DNA from: an uncultured delta proteobacterium
GTDB lineage: Bacteria; Desulfobacterota; Binatia; Binatales; Binataceae
Reading direction: 5' to 3'
Assembly: GCA_963774665.1 (NCBI GenBank)
Contig: CAVZGB010000021.1
Location: 255,467-319,466 of the forward strand
DNA length: 64,000 bases
Notes under the pieces: model-generated
The model's input: the letters and a program-made list of their open reading frames with translations, nothing else
Told to the model about the DNA's origin: nothing
The model's database searches: none
Shown: in pieces, positions 56,641-64,000 of the stretch
Layout of the letters: every line of letters begins with the position of its first letter
Numbering within the stretch: the first letter of the stretch is position 1
Program-made: the position numbers and the translations under genes

Positions 56641-57774
56641 ATGAATGCGCCCAAGCGCACCGTTCTGTTCGACCTTCACCAGAAACTCGGCGCACGGATG
56701 ACCGTTTTCGGTGGTTTCGAGATGCCCGTGAGCTACAGCGGGATTATCGAGGAGCATCTTGCGGTCCGAAATTCGGCGGGAGTTTTCGATCTGAGTCACA
56801 TGGGTGAGTTTGAAATCAGCGGACCGCATGCGCTCGAGACGCTCGAACGAGCGTTCACCAATTCCGCGGCGCGGCTCAAGCAGGGCCAGGCGCAATACAC
56901 GATTATGTGCGCGGAGGACGGCGGCACGATCGATGACCTGATCGTCTATCGGCTCGGACCGGAGCGCTACATGCTCTGCGTCAACGCATCGAATATCGAC
57001 GCCGATCGCGAATGGATCGTCGAACTGAACGGCGGGCGCGCGAAGTTCGAAGATGTGAGCGAGGCTACCGCACTGATCGCAGTACAGGGCCCGGTGGCGG
57101 TCGCGATATTGGCGACGCTCGCGGATTTTCCGATTGCCGATATCGCGCGCTTCGGCGTCGCCGAAGGAACTGTAGCGGGAATCACGTGTCTCGCGGCGCG
57201 TACCGGATACACCGGCGAAGATGGCTTCGAGCTGTTCGTGGACAACGCCGGCGCGCGGCAATTGTTCGAGGCGATTCTCGACGTCGGCGCCGCCGCCAAC
57301 GCCAAGCCAGTCGGGCTCGGCGCGCGTGACACGCTGCGGCTCGAAGCGGGCCTGCCGCTCTACGGTCACGAACTCGATCGCAATTCATCGCCGCTCGAGG
57401 CGGGCCTCGGAGTCTTTGTGAAGCTGGGGCGTCCGTTCATCGGCGAGAAGGCACTTTCAGCGCAACGCAATCACGGACTCAAGAAGACACTAGTCGGCTT
57501 GCAGACTGACGACGGCAGAATGGTCGCGCGGCAGGGTTACCGCGTACTTCGCAACGGCGACGAGGCGGGAGTTGTGACCAGCGGGACGTTCGCGCCGTCG
57601 ATTCAGCGGCCGATCGCGATGGCATATCTAAACGTCGAGGGCGCGAAAAATCCGCCATCCGTGGGCGAGTCGCTCGAAGTGGAAATTCGCGAGCGCAAAG
57701 CGCGGGCAACAATCGTGCGGCGGCCGTTCTATCGGCCCGACGAAAACCATGCGGCATCAACTGCGAGCGTGTGA
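56641..57774 (+). CDS. gcvT: Glycine cleavage system aminomethyltransferase T
   Basis: …LFDLHQKLGARMTVFGGFEMPVSY…DLSHMGEF…. Start is at ATG 56641, in frame with the longer track ORF. Confidence 0.9.
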   Translation: MNAPKRTVLFDLHQKLGARMTVFGGFEMPVSYSGIIEEHLAVRNSAGVFDLSHMGEFEISGPHALETLERAFTNSAARLKQGQAQYTIMCAEDGGTIDDLIVYRLGPERYMLCVNASNIDADREWIVELNGGRAKFEDVSEATALIAVQGPVAVAILATLADFPIADIARFGVAEGTVAGITCLAARTGYTGEDGFELFVDNAGARQLFEAILDVGAAANAKPVGLGARDTLRLEAGLPLYGHELDRNSSPLEAGLGVFVKLGRPFIGEKALSAQRNHGLKKTLVGLQTDDGRMVARQGYRVLRNGDEAGVVTSGTFAPSIQRPIAMAYLNVEGAKNPPSVGESLEVEIRERKARATIVRRPFYRPDENHAASTASV

Positions 57775-57827
57775 TTGAATTGTAGGCCAAGTGGAGGCTG
57801 AGCGGGGGTGAAGGACGAACTGATTCC

Positions 57828-59180
57828 ATGAGATTCATGCCACATACCGACAGCGATGTCGCGTCGATGCTCGAGACGATCGGCGCCAAGCATCTTGACG
57901 ATCTGATCGCGCACGTGCCGGCAAATTTGCGCGCGAGCGCGACGATCAACCTCGAACGCGGGCGAAGCGAATCTGATGTAGTACATGAGATTTCAGCACT
58001 CGCGGCTCGCAATACTGGCGCGTCGGGGTTTGCGAGCTTCCTGGGCGCCGGCTACTACCGTCATTACGTCCCCGCCGCCGTGCGCGCCGTAATCGCGCGC
58101 GCGGAATTCGCGACCAGCTACACGCCGTACCAGGCCGAGGCGAGCCAGGGGACGACTCAGGCGATTTTCGAATTTCAAACGCTCATCACGCAGCTCACCG
58201 CGATGGAGGTCGCCAACGCCAGCATGTATGACGGCGCGTCGGCCGCGGCAGAGGCGGTTCTGATGGCGCGACGGCTGATGCCGAAGCGCGCGGTCGTCGC
58301 ACTCTCGCGCGCGTTGTGGCCGGACTATCGCGCAACTATTCGCACCTACCTGAGCGCGCTCAAGGGAATCGAAATCGTCGAAGTTCCGTTCGACGACGCA
58401 ACCGGCGCGACCGACGCCGCTGCACTCGATCGAATCGCCAACGATCGGTTGCTGTGCACCGTCACCGGCTATCCCAACGCGTTCGGCGTGATCGAGCCGC
58501 TCGGGGCGATTACTGAAAGAACGCATCGTGCCGGCGCGGTCGCGATCTCCGCCACTGCTGAGGGAATCGCGCTGGGACTGCTGCGCGCGCCGGGCGAACT
58601 CGGCGTCGATATCGCAGTCGGCGAGGGCCAGAGTTTCGGGCTGCCGCTTCAATACGGCGGACCGGGCGTCGGCTTCATGGCCGCGCGAACTCCTCATCTG
58701 CGCCAGATGCCGGGACGCCTGGTTGGACAGACCCGCGATCGCGACGGTCGCCGCGCGTTTTGCCTGACGCTCAATACTCGCGAGCAGCATATCCGTCGCG
58801 AACGCGCGACCTCGAACATCTGCACCAATCATTCGCTGTGCGCGCTGGCCGCGACGGTCTATCTCTCGTTGATGGGGCGCACGGGATTGCGCGAGCTGGC
58901 GGAGAGAAACGTCGAGCTGTCGCATCAGGCGGCCGACACGCTCGCGGCTGCGGGCATCGAGCGACGCTTCTCGGGACCGTTCTTCAACGAGTTTGCGCTG
59001 AAGCTTGCGAACCCCACGGCCGCTCTGGAAGCGGCAGAGCGCAAGCAGATACTCGCGGGCGTCCCGCTCGGCGACGACTATCCCGAACTTTCTGACGCGC
59101 TGCTGGTTTCGGTCACCGAAATGAATCGCGGCGATGAGTTCGCTCGGCTTGCGGCGGCAATTGGGGGAGGCCAGCGGTGA
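57828..59180 (+). CDS. gcvPA: Glycine dehydrogenase (decarboxylating) subunit 1
   Basis: 450 aa. …FLGAGYYRHYVPAAV…SYTPYQAEASQGTTQAIFEFQT…. Confidence 0.9.
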   Translation: MRFMPHTDSDVASMLETIGAKHLDDLIAHVPANLRASATINLERGRSESDVVHEISALAARNTGASGFASFLGAGYYRHYVPAAVRAVIARAEFATSYTPYQAEASQGTTQAIFEFQTLITQLTAMEVANASMYDGASAAAEAVLMARRLMPKRAVVALSRALWPDYRATIRTYLSALKGIEIVEVPFDDATGATDAAALDRIANDRLLCTVTGYPNAFGVIEPLGAITERTHRAGAVAISATAEGIALGLLRAPGELGVDIAVGEGQSFGLPLQYGGPGVGFMAARTPHLRQMPGRLVGQTRDRDGRRAFCLTLNTREQHIRRERATSNICTNHSLCALAATVYLSLMGRTGLRELAERNVELSHQAADTLAAAGIERRFSGPFFNEFALKLANPTAALEAAERKQILAGVPLGDDYPELSDALLVSVTEMNRGDEFARLAAAIGGGQR

Positions 59181-60706
59181 TGGCGAGTGCGGGCAGAATC
59201 GGACCAGTCCCGGTCACCGAGGATACTTCGACCATCGACCGAATCGAACCGATGGCGGGCGTTCCGCTTATCTTCGAACTTTCATCCGAGGGTCGGCGCG
59301 GAGCCGATTTGTCGCCGCGCACGGCTGATAGACGGGGCGCCGAACTACTGGGCGCCGAGCTTTGCCGCGAGGATCTCCCCGGTTTTCCCGAACTGAGCGA
59401 GCCACAGGTGCTGCGGCACTTCCTGCGTCTGTCGCAGCTCAACTTCGCGCAGGCGCTGGAGTTCTATCCGCTCGGATCGTGCACGATGAAGTACAACCCG
59501 GTCGTGAACGATGAACTCGCGGCACTGCCTGGGCTGGCGGGACTGCATCCGGCGACGCCCGCGCACCTGGCGCAAGGCGCGCTCGAATTGATCGCGCGGA
59601 TGGAAGCTGCGCTCGCGGAAATCACCGGCATGGACGCCGTGTCGCTGCATCCGGCGGCCGGCGCGCAGGGCGAGTTGACGGGACTTCTGATGGTCCGCGC
59701 GTATCATCGCAAGCGCGGCGAAGTGCGGCACAAGGTGATCATCCCGGATACGGCGCACGGCACCAATCCTGCCAGCTGCACGCTCGCGGGCTTCGAGGTG
59801 ATCGTCGCGAAATCGAACCGGCGCGGCTATCTCGAAGCGGCTGAGGTTCGGCGGTTGGTGAGCGACGACGTGGCCGCGATGATGGTCACCAATCCAAACA
59901 CGCTCGGAATTTTCGAGCCGCAAATCCAGGAGATCGCGGCTGCGCTGCACGAGCGTGGCGCGATGCTCTATCTCGACGGCGCGAATATGAATGCCCTGCT
60001 CGGCGTTGCGAAGCCCGGACACATGGGCGCGGACATCGTGCAACTGAACTTGCACAAGAGTTTCTCGACTCCGCACGGCGGCGGCGGTCCGGGCGCGGGA
60101 CCGGTTGCGGTGAGAAAGCATCTCGAGCCGTTCCTGCCGCTCCCCCGCTTGAAGCATTCCGACGCCGGGTACGAAATCGACGGCGATCGGCCGGACTCGA
60201 TCGGACGGATGCGCTCCTATCACAACAACTTCGGAATGATTGTGCGCGCCTATGCGTATATTCTCGCGCTCGGCGGCGACGGACTCGGGATGGCGAGCCG
60301 GCTCGCGATTCTCGGCGCGAACTACGTGCGCAAACGGCTGGAGCCGCACTTTCCGAGTGCCACCGGCGAGCCGTCGATGCATGAATGCGTGCTCTCGCAC
60401 GACCTAGAAAAGCGCGCCGACGTGAGCACGCTCGAAATCGCCAAGCGTCTGCTCGATTTCGGTATCCATCCGCCGACGATCTATTTCCCGCTGGTAGTGC
60501 CGGGCGCGCTGATGATCGAGCCGACCGAGACCGAGAGCAAGCAAATCCTGGACAGCTTCGTCGATACGATGGAGCGCATTTACGACGAAGCGTTGAGCGA
60601 TCCAGAGCGCGTCAAGAATGCGCCGCAGACCTTGCCGGTCTCGCGCGTCGACGAGGCGCTGGCCGCGCGCCGCCCGATTTTGAGGTGGGAGAAACCTCTC
60701 CCCTAA
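59180..60706 (+). CDS. gcvPB: Glycine dehydrogenase (decarboxylating) subunit 2
   Basis: …NLHKSFSTPHGGGGPG… carries the PLP-lysine. The GTG at 59177 or ATG at 59180 overlaps the gcvPA stop. Confidence 0.9.
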   Translation: MASAGRIGPVPVTEDTSTIDRIEPMAGVPLIFELSSEGRRGADLSPRTADRRGAELLGAELCREDLPGFPELSEPQVLRHFLRLSQLNFAQALEFYPLGSCTMKYNPVVNDELAALPGLAGLHPATPAHLAQGALELIARMEAALAEITGMDAVSLHPAAGAQGELTGLLMVRAYHRKRGEVRHKVIIPDTAHGTNPASCTLAGFEVIVAKSNRRGYLEAAEVRRLVSDDVAAMMVTNPNTLGIFEPQIQEIAAALHERGAMLYLDGANMNALLGVAKPGHMGADIVQLNLHKSFSTPHGGGGPGAGPVAVRKHLEPFLPLPRLKHSDAGYEIDGDRPDSIGRMRSYHNNFGMIVRAYAYILALGGDGLGMASRLAILGANYVRKRLEPHFPSATGEPSMHECVLSHDLEKRADVSTLEIAKRLLDFGIHPPTIYFPLVVPGALMIEPTETESKQILDSFVDTMERIYDEALSDPERVKNAPQTLPVSRVDEALAARRPILRWEKPLP

Positions 60707-60738
60707 CCCCTCTCCCTTCTGGAGAGGGGAAGAGATCC
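60695..60738 (-). repeat. Family 2 repeat, copy iv, in reverse orientation (CCTAACCCC / CCCTCTCC CTTCT GGAGAGGG)
   Basis: Overlaps the last three codons and stop of gcvPB. Lies between the convergent gcvPB and mobA. Confidence 0.7.
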
Positions 60739-60742
60739 CGTT

Positions 60743-61360
60743 CTATCTCGAGAGACCGGCCAGCTCTAGGGCGCGCTGGTAGTCCTCGGGGGTGTTCACG
60801 TTGAAGAAACTGGTGAGCTGCGGGTCGAGCTTTCTGAGTTCCTCTTCGCCGACCTTTCTTGCGTTGATTGTGCTGGCGTTGGCGGTCAGTCGCTTCTCGC
60901 CGCCGGCTGCGAGCGACTCGATCGCGTTTGCGCATTGCTTGCGATAGACCGCGTGCAGCGGCTGCAGCTTGCCACCGACTTCCGGGATAACGGCGTCAAA
61001 GTCATCGAGCATCGCAACCAAGTCGGCCGCAACGTCGGAATTCAGCATCGGCAGGTCGCACGAACAGGCAAACGCAATGCCGTGATCGAGCGCATTCAAG
61101 CCACGCCTAAGCGCGTCGAGTGGTCCTGCGAAGGCCGTCTCGTCGTGAACGATTTTCAAGCCGGGAATCTCGATGCGGGGCAGGCCTTCCGACTTGGGCG
61201 CCGCGACGATCACAATTTCGTCGAACCACCATTTGAGCTCGATGACAATCCTGGTAAGCAATGGCATCCCGCCGAAATCCAGCGCCGCTTTGGGCTGGCC
61301 CATCCGCGAGCTTCGCCCGCCGACCAGCACGATCGCGCCGGCTTCTTTGGCTGATGGCAC
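60743..61360 (-). CDS. mobA: Molybdenum cofactor guanylyltransferase
   Basis: …AIVLVGGRSSRMGQPKA… N-terminal nucleotide-binding motif. 205 aa. Confidence 0.8.
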   Translation of the reverse strand: MPSAKEAGAIVLVGGRSSRMGQPKAALDFGGMPLLTRIVIELKWWFDEIVIVAAPKSEGLPRIEIPGLKIVHDETAFAGPLDALRRGLNALDHGIAFACSCDLPMLNSDVAADLVAMLDDFDAVIPEVGGKLQPLHAVYRKQCANAIESLAAGGEKRLTANASTINARKVGEEELRKLDPQLTSFFNVNTPEDYQRALELAGLSR

Positions 61361-61399
61361 GCGATGAGTGTAGAGTGCGCGCGATTGACGCGCCAGCGC

Positions 61400-62039
61400 T
61401 TACGCCGCGGCTCGGCTCTCTGGTGCGCGATTTGCGCGCAACTCGGTGCCGATGATTCGCAGTGCCTCGGGATGGAAGATCAGCGCCAGATGACCGACGT
61501 CGTGCAGCGTCACGATCCGTCGAAACGCGGCGCTATTCACCAGCGGTTCGATTGGCGCAGGCACGATCGGGTCGTCGTCGCCGAAAATCCCGACCTCGGT
61601 CGGACTCCACTGGCCGTAGGAATACGGTGAGCCGAGCGTGATCAGCGATCGCACCGCGCTTTTCGGCGCGCTCGTGGCGTAGCGGCGAGCAACGGTACCG
61701 CCGAGACTGTGACCGATCAGATGAACGCCGTTGTCGCCCGATTTTTCCTCTGCGATACGCCCGAGTTGGGCGGCGGAATCAGTCAAGCGTCTGCCATCGC
61801 GGGTACTCGAAATAAGAAACGTTGTCGAATCCCGCCAGCCGCAGATACGCCGCGAGCGCCAGCAGATTCGAACGGCTACCGCCGAATCCGTGAAGTAAAA
61901 TAACGGGTTCGCTCGACGGCTCGCAGAAGTACGGCTCGCCTCGTTTGACCAGCCAGTCCATCGGATACGAGCCGAGCAATGCGCCCGCCGCGGCGATTTC
62001 GGTGATGACAGTTTTCGATTTCACTTTTTCGCTGTTCAA
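61400..62039 (-). CDS. Alpha/beta-hydrolase (lipase/esterase, GHSLGG nucleophile elbow), frameshifted near 61785 as assembled
   Basis: The upstream ORF carries …PVILLHGFGGSRSN…YPRWQTLD*. The downstream ORF continues with DSAAQLGRIAEEKSGDNGVHLIGHSLGG…. Confidence 0.6.
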
Positions 62040-62244
62040 TGCCTCCGCGATGAAAAGCTAACCACCTCTCATCTGTACGGCAACCGGGCGCGGGCACGGC
62101 GGCCCGCCCCACCAGGAGTATGCGCGCGCGCATTAGTTTCGCTGCTACGGCGCCGCAGCGTTACGAATCGGGTGTTTTGAAAAACCAAGGTACATTCCGG
62201 TATATACGCTAGACGCGCGGCAATCTCGGAGGGGGGAAATCGCG

Positions 62245-64000
62245 ATGGCTCGAAGATTCGCGGCCGGTCGTTTGATAGTCAATTGGGCGAGTTTGCTGTT
62301 CGCATCGATGCTGTTGTTCGGGCTTGGCGCGGCTAGCACATTTGCACAAAAGCCCGCAGACGTCGTCGGCAATTGGAGCGGTGCTTTGCAGGTGGACGGT
62401 GGCTTGCTGCGCCTGGCTCTGCATGTGAACACAGATACTGCAGGCAAGTTGAGCGTCACACTCGACAGCCTCGATCAGAACGCGATGGGCCTGCAGGGCA
62501 GCAATGTCGTGCTCAAAGGCGACAGTTTCAGTTTCGAAATTCCTTCAGTCTCCGGCACATACACGGGAACACTTGACGGCGACGGCAAAAATATCAGAGG
62601 CACGTGGAGCCAAGGCGTTCCGCTGCCGCTGGTTTTCACTCGTCAGAATGGTGGACCCATGCCAACCGCGATGCCGACTCCGACGCCGGCGCCTGCGATG
62701 CCTCCCGTTGCATTGGATAATCTCAAACCGGTCCTGGATCGCGAATTGGCGCCTGTCCTCGACCATGGATTGCTCAGCAAGGCGAGCGGCGGCGGCGGAT
62801 TGGTGATCGGTGTAATGGATCACGGCCAGCGGCGCATCTTCGCTTACGGCACCGCGAAGCCGGATTCGATTTTCGAGATCGGATCGATCACCAAGACGTT
62901 TACCGGGCTGGTTCTGGCGCAGATGGTGGTGCAGAAGAAGGTCACGCTCGATACTCCCATTCGTACGCTGCTGCCGGCTGGCGTTGTGGCGAAGCCCAAG
63001 GGCACGGAAATCACGCTGGTCGATCTCGCGACGCAGCATTCCGGGCTGCCGCGGATGCCGGATAACTTCAAGCCGCAAAATCCATTGAATCCATATGCCG
63101 ACTACCACGCGGCGCAACTGCAAGAGTTCATTGCCAAGCACGGCGCCGCCAAGCCGGCCGACGCTGCATTCCTCTACAGCAATCTCGGTTTCGGATTGCT
63201 TGGTTACGGGCTTTCATTGCGATGCCGGTGTTCCCTACGGACAATTGGTCTCGACCGAAATCACCGGCCCACTGCACATGAGCGACACCGGCGTCACGCT
63301 CTCGCCGGAGCAGCGATCGCGGCTGATCCAAGGTTATGATTACAACTTCGACCCGACCCCTCCGTGGGATCTGGATGCGTTCGCCGGCGCCGGTGCGATC
63401 AAATCGACGGCGGCGGACATCCTCACTTATCTCGACGCGAACCTGCATCCGGACAAGTACGCGACCGGCGCAGCCGCCGATTCGCCGGCGGCAACGCTGC
63501 CTGCCGCAGTCGCGCTGGACCATCAAGTGCGCTCGAACGTCACTGTTAGCGGCGACGACCAGGATAGCGTTGGCCTGGTTCTTCAATCCTAAGACGGGAT
63601 CCTACTTCCATTCAGGCGGCACCGGCGGATACAGGTCATTGGCTACGATTCAATCCTGCTCGAGGATCGGGCGATCGTGGTGCTCTACAATCGTGACGAC
63701 ACAGATCCCGGAGCGCCACGGTTGGTCGAACGGGTCGTGGAAAACATTGACGATTTGATGACCGGGAAGCCGTCGATCCCGTTGGATTTCATATCGGAGG
63801 AGGAACGTCTCGCGCTGGTTCCGCTGACCTTCACAGACAGATCGATCCAGGGCCCGTATCATTGCACGCTTACGCCATTTTCGCTGCCGCCCACAATCAA
63901 AGATCCCTTCAAGCCGACGGGGACAGGCGATATTCATATCGTTGCGGACGGCAACGGCAAATATTCGGAGGGAACCTGGATCGATTATATCCGGGCTCCC
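62245..64000 (+). pseudogene. Beta-lactamase/transpeptidase-family serine hydrolase with an N-terminal extra domain. Runs off the window; at least three frameshifts as assembled.
   Basis: Signal peptide, then S-x-x-K (GSITKTF) and Y-x-N (YSNLG). The text continues in other frames: …AGVPYGQLVSTEITGPLHMSD…, then …WFFNPKTGSYFHSGGTGGYRS…, then …VVLYNRDDTDP…. Shifts are near 63225, 63345-63590 and 63640. Confidence 0.55.

Noticed and set aside
63650-63937. Minus-strand ORF 63650..63937
   Set aside because: It lies antisense to the continuing (frame-shifted) beta-lactamase-family reading frames, which retain family-like sequence (…VVLYNRDDTDP…). Judged spurious.

Overview
This is a gene-dense, high-GC (roughly 60-65% by eye) bacterial chromosomal segment of Gram-negative type, consistent with the presence of lptD and ArnT-like lipid A machinery. 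No rRNA, tRNA, CRISPR array, transposase or integrase was recognised. All protein-family calls below come from reading the translations, not from searches.

Recognisable housekeeping content:
- A complete minus-strand tryptophan operon (trpE-G-D-C-F-B-A) runs on into accD and folC. It is preceded by a leader peptide carrying Trp codons (W-W-R-W) and an intrinsic terminator, which is the classic attenuator layout.
- Other core genes are polA, argS followed by a SPOR-domain division protein, a RecD2-type helicase, folD, gcvT-gcvPA-gcvPB (no gcvH between them), lptD, acpS, mobA, a MATE exporter, an ECF sigma/anti-sigma pair, and a GldA/GldF/GldG-like ABC operon with a DUF4340 partner.

Less ordinary content:
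- An ArnT-like GT-C glycosyltransferase sits with an ArnB-like aminotransferase and a UXS-like decarboxylase.
- A UbiA-family prenyltransferase resembling decaprenyl-phosphate phosphoribosyltransferase (DPPR synthase) is convergent with a GT87/DUF2029 GT-C glycosyltransferase.
- A third GT39-like GT-C gene lies divergent from the MATE exporter gene.
- A secreted beta-helix protein is followed by a second DegT aminotransferase and a ceramidase-like hydrolase.
- Two families of structured intergenic repeats sit almost always just 3' of genes.
- A low-GC islet carries a degraded PIN-domain toxin-antitoxin-like pair.
- Two tandem Yip1-family paralogs share identical 5' ends.
- An unfamiliar hypothetical protein is divergent from a NUDIX hydrolase.

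A pervasive caveat: at least 12 single-nucleotide frameshifts, plus one in-frame stop, disrupt at least nine genes, including trpG, trpA and folC. Intact flanking genes argue for assembly indel errors rather than true pseudogenes. This cannot be settled from the sequence alone.
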